From assembly GCA_965248755.1 (NCBI GenBank), contig OZ252149.1, positions 1,600,001 through 1,664,000 of the forward strand: a stretch of DNA of 64,000 bases, written 5' to 3'. Below are positions 42,246-53,129 of the stretch, piece after piece. Position 1 is the stretch's first letter. Every line of letters begins with the position of its first letter. Made by a program: the position numbers and the translations under genes. The notes beneath the pieces were generated by a model. It was given only the letters and a program-made list of their open reading frames with translations. It had not been told where the DNA came from and did no database searches. The DNA comes from Candidatus Latescibacterota bacterium (GTDB lineage Bacteria; Latescibacterota; CBDEFO01).

Positions 42246-43511
42246 TGTACTGCTTCCCAGGAAAGCGACACCAATTAAGCAACCTGGGGTAGTAGATAAA
42301 ATTGTTTTCTCCACTCTTTTGGGGTCTTATATCCCAGGGATGAATGAAGCCTGTTCTTGTTGTAATTATCGATCCACTGAGATATGATCTTCTCAGCCTG
42401 TTCAAAGGATTCAAACTTGTGAAGCCAAACACACTCTTGCTTGAGGGTCCTGAAAAAACGCTCTACAACACCGTTCCAATCGGGTTTACCACTTGGTATG
42501 TATTCCTGACGAATTCCCCAATATTCGGTACTGGCCAAATAGGCCCGAGCCAAAAAGATGGAACCATTGTCAGAGCGCAAAGTGAGACCCTGGGGGACAG
42601 CCTCCTTGGAAGTGTATCGAGAGATCACGGCCCGATCCAGGGCATCTGTGGCCTCCAGTGCCCTCCCTTTTCGACTAAAACGATACCCAGGAACCTCCCG
42701 GCTTCCGTTGTCCACCACCGCAATAAGAGGACACCAACCATCTTTTCCACAGTAAATCTTTGTCAAGTCACTCGACCACAAACTGTCGGGACTATCCACC
42801 ACAGAACGCTTCTGGGCAACCTGTGGCCCCTTTCTCCCGGGACGATTCCACAGCTTACACTGCCACCCCTTAAGCTTCATTATCCTATGAACCTTCTTAA
42901 CGTTGACACATTCCCCTTCCTTGAAACGAAGATGCGCCCAAACCCGCCTGTGACCAAATGCCTCTTCTTGGTCCAGTATCCCTCGAATACGAAAAGCAAG
43001 CTCCTCATCTATCACAGGCTCTTTAACAGAAGAACTGACACCTCTATCCCTAAACCTATACAGAGTCGAACGATGCAAACCCAAAGCCAAAGCTACCACC
43101 TTGCGGGAATAGCCTCGACCCAAAAACCGCCCACTCAAGGCAACCGCTTCGTTTTTTTTAGACGGGCTACCTCTTCGAGTATCTCCAACTGGAGCGTCAA
43201 CTGCCCTACCTTGCGCTCCAACCGGCTAACCTCTCGCTCCTTCGGATCCTTGCGACCACGCCGAGACTTCAGACTCTCCTGGCCCCCTTCTAAGAAACTA
43301 TCACGCCAAGCATACGCCTGCGACTGGCTAATTCCATTCTTACGACACACCTCAGATAGATCTGCTCCTCTCAAAAGAGCCAACACAATCTCTCCCTTAC
43401 GGGTCGCCGTCCAGCGCTTACCATCTTTCACTTCGGGGCTCGACACCTTGACCTCCCTTCTCAAACCCCAATTTGCGAAATATTTGTCGCTCTGTCAAGG
43501 GGAGCGGTATG
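42246..43511 (-). mobile_element. IS3-family element copy 3
   Basis: orfA 43135-43464 and orfB 42275-43138 translate identically to copy 2. Confidence 0.96.
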
Positions 43512-44044
43512 ATTTGAATCTAATTTAAGTCTTTTACATATACCATTATCATCCAGGGAAAAATCTTCAAATCTAAGTGAATAAGGCAAATCTTTATGAC
43601 CGCTCTGATAGCAAAATGCATTTGTTTTTCTACCTAAATATTTTCTCGTTCTTTCCATCCTATCAAGATAAATTTCGTTGTTTATGAATAATGGTCTTCG
43701 GTTGAACTGATTGATATACGTCGGTATCGCAAGATATTTATCCACGAAACTTTGAATTGTCCCAAAATGATTTGGGTAATTAGAGAGCTTTTTAGAAGCA
43801 AAGTAAGCGTGGCTTTTTATTTCATTTATAGCCACATTTGTGTGAGTTAATACGCAAATACCCCTATTATTTTCAAGAGGCATTTGCCGGGACAAAATCA
43901 ACAACTTGGCAATCAAAGCCTTTGTTTTACCACTACCCGGGCAGGCAAGAATATCTTTGGTTTCAAAACATTTTATTACTACCTTTTGTTCTTTATCGAA
44001 GTGCTCACCGGGCGGTAAAAGAATTCTTTCTGCCCAAGAAATAT
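43512..44044 (-). pseudogene. UvrD/Rep (GajB-like) helicase, N-terminal piece (start codon lost)
   Basis: ACPGSGKT (Walker A), ICVLTHTNVAINEI (motif Ia), FGTIQSF (motif Ib). Confidence 0.88.
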
Positions 44045-45310
44045 TGTACTGCTTCCCAGGAAAGCGACACCAATTAAGCAACCTGGGGTAGTAGATAAAA
44101 TTGTTTTCTCCACTCTTTTGGGGTCTTATATCCCAGGGATGAATGAAGCCTGTTCTTGTTGTAATTATCGATCCACTGAGATATGATCTTCTCAGCCTGT
44201 TCAAAGGATTCAAACTTGTGAAGCCAAACACACTCTTGCTTGAGGGTCCTGAAAAAACGCTCTACAACACCGTTCCAATCGGGTTTACCACTTGGTATGT
44301 ATTCCTGACGAATTCCCCAATATTCGGTACTGGCCAAATAGGCCCGAGCCAAAAAGATGGAACCATTGTCAGAGCGCAAAGTGAGACCCTGGGGGACAGC
44401 CTCCTTGGAAGTGTATCGAGAGATCACGGCCCGATCCAGGGCATCTGTGGCCTCCAGTGCCCTCCCTTTTCGACTAAAACGATACCCAGGAACCTCCCGG
44501 CTTCCGTTGTCCACCACCGCAATAAGAGGACACCAACCATCTTTTCCACAGTAAATCTTTGTCAAGTCACTCGACCACAAACTGTCGGGACTATCCACCA
44601 CAGAACGCTTCTGGGCAACCTGTGGCCCCTTTCTCCCGGGACGATTCCACAGCTTACACTGCCACCCCTTAAGCTTCATTATCCTATGAACCTTCTTAAC
44701 GTTGACACATTCCCCTTCCTTGAAACGAAGATGCGCCCAAACCCGCCTGTGACCAAATGCCTCTTCTTGGTCCAGTATCCCTCGAATACGAAAAGCAAGC
44801 TCCTCATCTATCACAGGCTCTTTAACAGAAGAACTGACACCTCTATCCCTAAACCTATACAGAGTCGAACGATGCAAACCCAAAGCCAAAGCTACCACCT
44901 TGCGGGAATAGCCTCGACCCAAAAACCGCCCACTCAAGGCAACCGCTTCGTTTTTTTTAGACGGGCTACCTCTTCGAGTATCTCCAACTGGAGCGTCAAC
45001 TGCCCTACCTTGCGCTCCAACCGGCTAACCTCTCGCTCCTTCGGATCCTTGCGACCACGCCGAGACTTCAGACTCTCCTGGCCCCCTTCTAAGAAACTAT
45101 CACGCCAAGCATACGCCTGCGACTGGCTAATTCCATTCTTACGACACACCTCAGATAGATCTGCTCCTCTCAAAAGAGCCAACACAATCTCTCCCTTACG
45201 GGTCGCCGTCCAGCGCTTACCATCTTTCACTTCGGGGCTCGACACCTTGACCTCCCTTCTCAAACCCCAATTTGCGAAATATTTGTCGCTCTGTCAAGGG
45301 GAGCGGTATG
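44045..45310 (-). mobile_element. IS3-family element copy 4
   Basis: orfA 44934-45263, orfB 44074-44937; flanks ATAT and AACA, no target duplication. Confidence 0.96.
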
Positions 45311-45934
45311 AACATCGCTAATTTCGCAGCTTCGGATTATACGATCGAAGTACGCATCTGGGACGTAAGTCAGAATCAAGGTGCTAACATCTACTTCCGC
45401 AATAACCGAACAGCCGCGAATATCGGAACGGATTCAGGCTTCTGGTTCGGGATATCTGGGGCCCTGGCAGCTGTCGGCTGGGGGGATACTCAAGGAGGGT
45501 TGCGCATAATCAAGGTCGCACGGTCCTCAGTGCCTTTTACATGGATGAGGCTCAAGCTTTCGGTCATAGACGAAAATGCCCTGATGTGGGCACTTCGCGA
45601 AGGGGTGGACGATGATTTTATTCAGGTCTTTAATGTCTCCGGACTTCCGACATCCAGCGGGTCAGAAAATCTCGGCTTAATCGTTGGAGGACAGGAAGTG
45701 TGGATTGACGATGTGTTAGTTTACGATGAGGGAGGCCCCACCGAAGCACTTCTTTTAGGGGATTTCGACCTGAATAATGAAGTAGGCCTTTCAGATTTTG
45801 TCCTTTTCTTGGATGCGTTTGCCACTACGCGCAGTTCGTCTAATTGGAATCCTATATTCGATCTGGATGACGATGGAAAGGTCGGTCTGTCCGATTTTGT
45901 GATTTTTCTGGATAACTTCGGGGTGACAGGGTAG
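45311..45934 (+). pseudogene. 5'-truncated beta-sandwich protein with C-terminal dockerin-like domain
   Basis: Frame is open from the IS end; tail GDFDLNNEVGLSDFVLFLDAF...VGLSDFVIFLDNFGVTG closely matches the FG-GAP protein tail. Confidence 0.78.
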
Positions 45935-46193
45935 TTTTGCAGCTATAAAGAAGCAGGAAGGGACTACCATCATTTTCATAAAGCACGATCTGTCTCAGGC
46001 GCGTTCTTTGAGTCGGGAGGTTATACTGTTTTTCGAGGGGAAGATGGCGAAGTCCGTACAGGGAGAGGTGATGGAGTGAAGGTATCTCCCCAAAGCACAA
46101 CACGAATTTCCAACTGAGCCAAGATCAAGTTTCGCCTCTGCAATGCTTCCCTCTATAGCTTCTGAACGGAACAGTGATTAGATTGGAGACAAA

Positions 46194-47444
46194 ATGTCAA
46201 ATCAAGTAGAAAAGATTCGGGTATTTGTTTCCTCGCCTTCCGATGTGAAAGAGGAGAGAGATCGTCTACGTAATGTAGTTGAGAAATTAAATCGTATTAT
46301 TGGGCCAGATAAGAATATCGTCCTTGAGCTTGTGGATTGGGAGACACACGTCACACCAGATATGGGTCGATCTCAAGAGATTATCAATCGTCAAATTGTT
46401 CCTTACGATATTTTTATCGGAATAATGTGGAAGAGATTTGGAAGTCCGACAGGGAAAGCAGGTTCAGGAACAGAAGAGGAGTTCAATGCAGCCTATGAGT
46501 GTTGGAAAAAGACAGGCAGTCCTAAAATCCTGTTTTATTTCAATCAAGCCCCATACACTCCTCGTACTCCTGAAGAGGAGGATCAAGTTCGTCGGGTTCG
46601 TGAATTCCGCGCACAGTTGCGGGAGAAAGGGCTGCCCTGGAAATATAATGGACCGGACGAATTTGAACGATTTGTAGATGAACACCTTCATAAAACAATT
46701 TTGGAACTCATCTCGGGACAGAATATGGCGGTGACCTTCGGCGACCCCAATCTCGAAGAAGCTGTTCGATCGGAGATTCTGAAACCGACAGGCGACATAC
46801 CGTTGTCTAGCGTCGCGCGCTTGACACTACTGGAGGCTGACAGGCAGAGAATAGAAAACTTGGACGGAATTGAGGTGCTTACCTCACTGAGAGATCTCAA
46901 TCTCAGCCACAACCAGATTGACGACATTTCGCCACTTTCGGGACTTATCTCGCTAACAGGACTCAATATCAGTGGCAACCGTATTAAGGACATTTCGGCA
47001 CTTTCAGGACTTATCTCGCTGTGGGAACTCATTCTCTACAACAACCAGATCAGCGACTTTTCGTCGCCTTCGAAGCTCACCTCGTTGAAAAAGCTCTGGC
47101 TCTTCGGCAACCAGATTAACGACATTTCGGAACTTTCAGGACTTATCTCGGTGACGAATCTCGAGATCAGTCGCAACCGTATTAACGATATTTCAGCACT
47201 TTCAGGACTTATCTCGTTGCGGGAACTCATTCTCTCCAACAACGAGATCAGCAATATTTCAGAACTTTCTGGATGCGCTTCGTTGACACTGCTGCATCTC
47301 GACTCAAATCAGATCAAGGATCTATCCCCCTTGCTTGGACTAACACAACTTAAAGAACTGTATGTGAAGAACAACCTTCTCAGCGATGTTGCTATAAACG
47401 AACAGATTCCGGCATTGGAGGCGCAAGGTGTAAATGTGCGTTGA
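46194..47444 (+). CDS. DUF4062 (TIR-like/nucleoside deoxyribosyltransferase-like fold) fused to internalin-type leucine-rich repeats
   Basis: IRVFVSSPSDVKEER...YDIFIGIMWKRFGSPT...SGTEEEFNAA...ILFYF, then about nine 22-aa LxxLxLxxNxIxDISxLSG repeats; no signal peptide; GGAG RBS. Confidence 0.88.
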   Translation: MSNQVEKIRVFVSSPSDVKEERDRLRNVVEKLNRIIGPDKNIVLELVDWETHVTPDMGRSQEIINRQIVPYDIFIGIMWKRFGSPTGKAGSGTEEEFNAAYECWKKTGSPKILFYFNQAPYTPRTPEEEDQVRRVREFRAQLREKGLPWKYNGPDEFERFVDEHLHKTILELISGQNMAVTFGDPNLEEAVRSEILKPTGDIPLSSVARLTLLEADRQRIENLDGIEVLTSLRDLNLSHNQIDDISPLSGLISLTGLNISGNRIKDISALSGLISLWELILYNNQISDFSSPSKLTSLKKLWLFGNQINDISELSGLISVTNLEISRNRINDISALSGLISLRELILSNNEISNISELSGCASLTLLHLDSNQIKDLSPLLGLTQLKELYVKNNLLSDVAINEQIPALEAQGVNVR

Positions 47445-47524
47445 AATTGCCTGTATCTCACAAGCGTATCGCAAGTGCTATCTTTCGCACCTGCTAAAAG
47501 CTACATCCGTAAGGACAAGGCACT

Positions 47525-48307
47525 TCACACCGAGTCCTGACCTGAAAGCATCTCCCTGACGCGTCCCGGAGTGTTCAGGACCTCCGCAGGCTCTCCACTT
47601 TTGACTATCCTGCCTTCGTCTATCACATAGACAAAATCCCCTATCCTCAATGCCTCTGATACGTTGTGAGTCACGTATATGAAGGGAATCTTGTAGATCA
47701 GCCTGATCTTCATTAGTTCGTCTAAAAGGACCTCTCTTACCTCTTCGTCCACGGATGAAAGGGGTTCGTCCAGGAGCATCAATTTGGGCTTTGTGGCAAG
47801 GGCTCGCAGGACAGCTACTCTCTGCTGTTCGCCGCCTGAAAGCTCAAACGGATGACGATCTTTTAGGTGAGCTATCTTGAAAAGGTCTAAGTATTCCTCG
47901 ATCCGGGTTACCTCCACGGCTCCGTAGGCGATATTGTCGTAGGCGCTCATGTGAGGGAAGAGAGCGTAGTTCTGGAATACGAAGCCTATATTTCGCTGGT
48001 GAATAGGGAGGTTTATGTCCTTCTCTGAATCGAAGAACACAGTCCCGTTGAAGACTATCTTTCCGCTGTCGGGAGTAAGCATGCCCGAAATCAGCCTCAG
48101 GGCTGTAGTTTTACCCGCACCTGATCTCCCAAAGAGGATGTTCACACCGTCCTGTGCGTTTATATCCACATGAAGGCGGAATGGCTTCTGGGAGTAAGGC
48201 GCCCGCCTTGTTCGGGGGAAAAAGCGGAACCGCCGCCGTAAGGTGTGTTCTTTAACTACCCTGGACAGTTCAAGGTTCATACCACAATTCCTTGGTGGGG
48301 CAGACAT
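47525..48307 (-). CDS. ModC-like ABC transporter ATP-binding protein (true start probably downstream)
   Basis: GRSGAGKTT, RNIGFVFQNYALFPH, LSGGEQQRVA, LLDEP, YVTH. Confidence 0.85.
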   Translation of the reverse strand: MSAPPRNCGMNLELSRVVKEHTLRRRFRFFPRTRRAPYSQKPFRLHVDINAQDGVNILFGRSGAGKTTALRLISGMLTPDSGKIVFNGTVFFDSEKDINLPIHQRNIGFVFQNYALFPHMSAYDNIAYGAVEVTRIEEYLDLFKIAHLKDRHPFELSGGEQQRVAVLRALATKPKLMLLDEPLSSVDEEVREVLLDELMKIRLIYKIPFIYVTHNVSEALRIGDFVYVIDEGRIVKSGEPAEVLNTPGRVREMLSGQDSV

Positions 48308-48475
48308 TCCTGTCTGACATGGGCGAGGGCACTTCGTGCTTTCCTGCCTCCACTCCCCAGCAAAGCGCCCACGGCGCCTCGCCCCTACATTGTGGTCAGA
48401 TACTTTGGAGCTTCATACATATCCCCGATCCCCGATCCAGTCGGGGGCTCAATCGGGGAACACCTGCCTGCTGGT

Positions 48476-49369
48476 CTATTTGTTCTCCTGACTTACAGCT
48501 ATCATAACCTTCGTCCCCGGCGGGACTGAGGAGATGACCCAGGCGCTGGCTCCTATGACGGAGCCCTTTCCGATAATCGTGTCGCCGCCCAGAATGGTGG
48601 CCCCTGAGTAGATGACGACCTCGTCCTCTATCGTGGGATGGCGTTTGCCGCCTTTCTTGATCTTACCGCACTCGTCTTTCGGAAAACTCAGTGCGCCGAG
48701 AGTCACGCCCTGGTATATCTTCACGTCATTTCCGATCTGGGTGGTCTCCCCAATGACCACACCGGTGCCGTGATCTACGAAGAAGCGTTCTCCAATCTTT
48801 GCACCTGGATGGATGTCTATCCCCGTTCCGCTGTGAGCCCATTCGCCCATAATCCTGGGTATTAAGGGGATGTCCATCAAATAGAGTTCGTGAGCGATGC
48901 GGTAGGTGGATATTGCGATTGTGCAGGGGTAGCACGTTATTATCTCTGCACGGTTCTTTGCGGCAGGATCGCCGTCGTATGCGGCCTGGATATCCATATT
49001 CAAAAGTTGACGTACTTTAGGTATCTTCCCAAGGAGAGCCAGGGCGAATTTCGCCGCCGTCTTCTCGCAGTCTTTTCGCGGATCACCCTTTTCGGAGAAA
49101 CATCTGAAACTCTTTGCTATTTCGTCTGAGAGCCGGATGTAGATGGAGTTCAAAAGGGTGTCCACATAAAGGGGGATGTTGTCCCTCGAGGGAACAGGGT
49201 CTCCGAAATAGCCGGGGAAGATTACCGAGAAGAGGTCTTCAAGTATCGAGACGACGTTTTCTCTTGATGGAAAATTCTCGCTGTCGATTCTGTTGATGCC
49301 GCCGTATTCCTCGTAGGTATCCACTATTTTTGTGGATAGTTCCGAGAGTTTAGTTATGACTCCTGACAT
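48476..49369 (-). CDS. cysE: Serine O-acetyltransferase
   Basis: AAYDGDPAA, GIDIHPGAKIG, DHGTGVVIGET, YQGVTLGA, KRHPTIED. Confidence 0.93.
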   Translation of the reverse strand: MSGVITKLSELSTKIVDTYEEYGGINRIDSENFPSRENVVSILEDLFSVIFPGYFGDPVPSRDNIPLYVDTLLNSIYIRLSDEIAKSFRCFSEKGDPRKDCEKTAAKFALALLGKIPKVRQLLNMDIQAAYDGDPAAKNRAEIITCYPCTIAISTYRIAHELYLMDIPLIPRIMGEWAHSGTGIDIHPGAKIGERFFVDHGTGVVIGETTQIGNDVKIYQGVTLGALSFPKDECGKIKKGGKRHPTIEDEVVIYSGATILGGDTIIGKGSVIGASAWVISSVPPGTKVMIAVSQENK

Positions 49370-49474
49370 CTTGTGTTCACCACCTATCAAAATACAGTAG
49401 ACAGTAGTCAGTATACGGGGCATCCCTGCCCATTTCCCAAAGCGATCTGGTGGGAGGGGATGCGGTGCCCATGT

Positions 49475-52291
49475 CTACTGTTTGCTGTCTACTATTTTTT
49501 CTATCTTCACAGCACAGAACTTGAACTCCGGGATCTTGGCGTAGGGATCCAATTCGTCTATGGTAAGCAAGTTGGCCGCCGCTTCCTTGAAGTGGAAGGG
49601 GATAAAGACGTTGCCCTTTGAGACCTTCGGTGAATGCCTCGTCTTCAACGTTATCTCTCCTCTTCTGGAGGAGACTTTCACGAATTGTCCGTCGGCAACG
49701 CCCAGCTTCTCCATATCCAGAGGGTGCATCTCTACAAACGGCTCAGGGCTCATCTGGTCGAGGGCCTTAGACCTTCTGGTCATCGTCCCGGTATGCCAGT
49801 GCTGAAGCACCCTTCCGGTGTTCAGAACATAGGGATATTCCTCGTCCGGAAGTTCCTTCGGTGGGGCAAACTCTGCGGGCACGAACTTGCCTTTGCCGCT
49901 GGGGAACGTGTCGGCAAAGAGCACAGACGTTCCCGCGTGATCTTCGTCGGGACAGGGCCACAGCAGACCCTCCTTTTCTATCCTCTCATACGTAAGCCCC
50001 CCGTAGCTGGGCGTGACCCTTTTTATCTCCGCAAATATCTCCTCTGGCGAATCGTATTCCATAGGATAGCCCATCCTTGTGGAAAGCTCAGCCAGGATCT
50101 TCCAGTCCTCCCTTGCCCCTCCCGGAGGATTTACGGCCTTCCGACCTCTTTGGACCCGCCTGTCCGTATTTGTGTAAGTCCCGTCCTTTTCGGCAAAGCT
50201 CGTAGCAGGCAGAACTACGTCGGCAAACTCGGCCGTCTCTGTCAAAAATATATCCTGAACGACCAAGAACTCCAGGGACGAAACGCACTTTTTCACCTTG
50301 TTGGTATTCGGATCGCTCAAGAGTGGATTTTCACCCATTATAAACATGCCTTTGATCTTGCCGTCCAGAGCGGCGGTCATGATCTCCACTACGGTAAGAC
50401 CTGGGTCCGGATCGAGAGGCACGCCCCAGACATTCTCAAAGCTCGTTCGCACGCTTGGATCGTCCACCTTCTGATAACCCGGATAGACCATCGGTATGAG
50501 CCCAACATCTGAGGCGCCCTGTACGTTGTTCTGTCCTCTTAAAGGATGCAGACCCGTTCCTGGTCTCCCGATATTCCCCGTCAGAAGGGCCAATGAGACA
50601 AGAGACCTTGCGTTGTCCGTCCCGGTCGTATGCTGTGAGATGCCCATGCCCCAGAATATCATAGCATTTTTCGCCTTGCCGTAGCACCGGGCCACCTCTG
50701 CAATTACATCTTTTGGAACCCCCGTTATCTTCTCCGCTACTTCAGGCGTGTAGTCTTTCACCGTCTCCTTCAGCTTTGAAAATTCCACCGTCCTTCTGTC
50801 TATGAACTCCTCGTCGTGCAGGCCCTGGCTTATGATTACGTTCATCATCCCGTTTAAGAGAGCCACGTCGGTTCCGGGATTGAACCTGACGTAATAGTCG
50901 GCGTTCTGGGCCAGAGGAGGCCTTCGGGGATCTATTACTATAAGCTTTGTGCCCTTTAAGGCCGCCTGCTTCATAAATGTAGCCGCCACAGGGTGGTTCT
51001 CCGTTGGATTTGCACCGATCACAACGGCGACATCGGCGTAGAGCACATCGGCAAAGACGTTCGATACAGCTCCGCTTCCGATGGTCTCCATCAGGGCCGC
51101 AACCGATGAGGCGTGACATAATCTCGTGCAGTGGTCTACATTATTGGTGCCGAACACAGCCCTTATCAGCTTCTGGAACAGGTAGTTATCCTCGTTGGAG
51201 CACTTTGCCGATCCGAATCCCGCCAGAGCCTGGGGACCGATGTTGTTTTTTATCTCCATGAACTTGGACGCAGAAAGCGCCATAGCCTCGTCCCAGGTGG
51301 CCTCTCTGAAAGCGTCTAATGGATTTTCTGGGGGATTTTCTGTCTGGATCGTCTTGGGATATTCCTCCTTCCTGATCAGGGGAGTCGTCAGTCTGGTGGG
51401 ATGATGAGCGTAGTCAAAGCCGTATCTCCCCTTTACACAGAGCCTCCCGTGATTTATCGGACTCTCCCTTCCGCTTACGTTTACTATCTTGTCGTCTGTG
51501 ACGTGATACGTCAGACTGCACCCGACTCCGCAGTAGGGACAGATGGAGTCTATCGCTTTGATGGGACTCTCCTTGGGGATCACCTCTTTAAGGATTGGTT
51601 TGTCTATCAACGCACCTGTTGGACAGTATGCCATGCACTCTCCGCACGACACGCAGCTGGACTCTCCCATCGGGATGTCGTTGTCGAATGCTATGTGCGC
51701 CGAATAGCCCTTACCTGCCCTGCCTATCACTAAATTCACCTGAATATCATCGCACGCCCTGATGCATCTGTCGCACATAATACAGGCCGTGTGATCTACC
51801 GAAATCACGGCAGAAGATATATCGTGTCCATCTTCCCATACTCTGCTTTTGAACCTCGATGCCTTCACGCCCATCTTTGAGGCCATAAGCTCAAGCTCGC
51901 AGTTGCCGTATTTTTCGTGCTTCTGGCAAGGTACGGGGTGATCGGCAAGGAGCAGTTCAACCAAGGTCTTCCTTGAGCGTTCTATCCTCTCGGTATTTGT
52001 CCTTACGACCATCCCCTCTTCGGCTTTCCTTACGCAGGCAGCAGGGGGCACCCTTGAGCCTTCGACCTCGACTGCGCAGACCCTGCATACGCCCACTGGA
52101 TCCAGTTTCGGGTCATGGCACAGCACAGGTATATCTATCCCGATCTCCGAAGCCGCATCGAATATGGTGCTATCCTGGGGGACAACGACAGGTCTGTCAT
52201 CTATTGTCAAGTTTATATGACTCGGCATGATACTTCCTTTGTCAGCCTCTTTAATAAGACTTCCATTCTTATCCACCCTTGTAACCAGCAT
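49475..52291 (-). CDS. fdhF: Formate dehydrogenase alpha subunit (Cys form) with N-terminal Fe-S domains
   Basis: CPYCGVGC...LCVKG, NNVDHCTRLCHAS, PLRGQNNVQGASD, HWHTGTMTRRS; likely start MPSHINL. Confidence 0.93.
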   Translation of the reverse strand: MLVTRVDKNGSLIKEADKGSIMPSHINLTIDDRPVVVPQDSTIFDAASEIGIDIPVLCHDPKLDPVGVCRVCAVEVEGSRVPPAACVRKAEEGMVVRTNTERIERSRKTLVELLLADHPVPCQKHEKYGNCELELMASKMGVKASRFKSRVWEDGHDISSAVISVDHTACIMCDRCIRACDDIQVNLVIGRAGKGYSAHIAFDNDIPMGESSCVSCGECMAYCPTGALIDKPILKEVIPKESPIKAIDSICPYCGVGCSLTYHVTDDKIVNVSGRESPINHGRLCVKGRYGFDYAHHPTRLTTPLIRKEEYPKTIQTENPPENPLDAFREATWDEAMALSASKFMEIKNNIGPQALAGFGSAKCSNEDNYLFQKLIRAVFGTNNVDHCTRLCHASSVAALMETIGSGAVSNVFADVLYADVAVVIGANPTENHPVAATFMKQAALKGTKLIVIDPRRPPLAQNADYYVRFNPGTDVALLNGMMNVIISQGLHDEEFIDRRTVEFSKLKETVKDYTPEVAEKITGVPKDVIAEVARCYGKAKNAMIFWGMGISQHTTGTDNARSLVSLALLTGNIGRPGTGLHPLRGQNNVQGASDVGLIPMVYPGYQKVDDPSVRTSFENVWGVPLDPDPGLTVVEIMTAALDGKIKGMFIMGENPLLSDPNTNKVKKCVSSLEFLVVQDIFLTETAEFADVVLPATSFAEKDGTYTNTDRRVQRGRKAVNPPGGAREDWKILAELSTRMGYPMEYDSPEEIFAEIKRVTPSYGGLTYERIEKEGLLWPCPDEDHAGTSVLFADTFPSGKGKFVPAEFAPPKELPDEEYPYVLNTGRVLQHWHTGTMTRRSKALDQMSPEPFVEMHPLDMEKLGVADGQFVKVSSRRGEITLKTRHSPKVSKGNVFIPFHFKEAAANLLTIDELDPYAKIPEFKFCAVKIEKIVDSKQ

Positions 52292-52333
52292 CAGCGCTAA
52301 GCAATGCTGATTCTTGATCTCATCACTTACTGT

Positions 52334-53098
52334 TCATCTTTTTCTACCTGTAATTAGCAACGATTTGGGTAATCCCTCCAATGGCGCATCTTCCCAATCG
52401 TACTGTCGATCGCCAATTTCATTTACCGCCAACAATTCACAGCCTGCATCAATTATTGCCGTTACATAGTCACTAACAGTCCAGTGAAACTCGTAACTCG
52501 GCAGTGAACCCTCTTCCGCTCCGGGGACTTCCTCTGATCGATCAAATCTATGAGGACCTCTATCAAAATACCCAAATTCCATTTCAAGCTGGCTCGGTAA
52601 ATCCTTCCAAAGTCGGCGAAATGGGTGATATTCATTGACTATGAACATACCCCCTGGTTTGAGAATGCGGCAAGCCTCTGAATAATATTTCTTTAGATCT
52701 GAAACCCAAACCGCCACATGGCCTCCGGTGTAAACCACATCAAAAGTTTCATCTCCTAGGGGACTCAGATTTATCACGTCTGCAGGGATGAAGGAGATAT
52801 TAAGCCCAAGTTCGCCAGCCCTCTTGGCGGCAATGTCTAACTGTTTCTGCGAAATATCGATAGAGGTAACTCTCGCCCCCAGTCCAGCAAAAGCGAATGT
52901 TACCAAATTGTCGCCACTGCCGAGTACGCAGACATTCTTTCCGGAGACATCTCCCAGGTATCCCAACTCTTGCTCATTCAAAGCCAAGCTCGGATCGATA
53001 TGACATCTCCTCCATTCCCCAGATGCATCAACTCTCTCTTGCCAATATGGAGATACAGCATCCCAACCTTTATGATTTACCTCGTGTATCTCGTTCAT
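52334..53098 (-). CDS. Class I SAM-dependent methyltransferase
   Basis: VCVLGSGD, SIDISQKQL, RILKPGG, EYHPF. Confidence 0.88.
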   Translation of the reverse strand: MNEIHEVNHKGWDAVSPYWQERVDASGEWRRCHIDPSLALNEQELGYLGDVSGKNVCVLGSGDNLVTFAFAGLGARVTSIDISQKQLDIAAKRAGELGLNISFIPADVINLSPLGDETFDVVYTGGHVAVWVSDLKKYYSEACRILKPGGMFIVNEYHPFRRLWKDLPSQLEMEFGYFDRGPHRFDRSEEVPGAEEGSLPSYEFHWTVSDYVTAIIDAGCELLAVNEIGDRQYDWEDAPLEGLPKSLLITGRKR

Positions 53099-53129
53099 AC
53101 TCTATTCCCTTAAGATAATCGATAATTTC

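Noticed and set aside
36604..44044. ATAT at both ends of the helicase segment as a target duplication
   Set aside because: A 4-bp AT match in AT-rich DNA is likely chance and would require an implausible one-gene circular target.
35690..44231. ORFs starting MFGFTSLNP or MFDFTASNP as novel fusion proteins
   Set aside because: Their first roughly 62 aa are an alternative frame of the IS/MITE right end fused to interrupted genes.
51100..51140. Selenocysteine in FDH alpha
   Set aside because: The active-site region reads CTRLCH with a Cys codon and no in-frame TGA.
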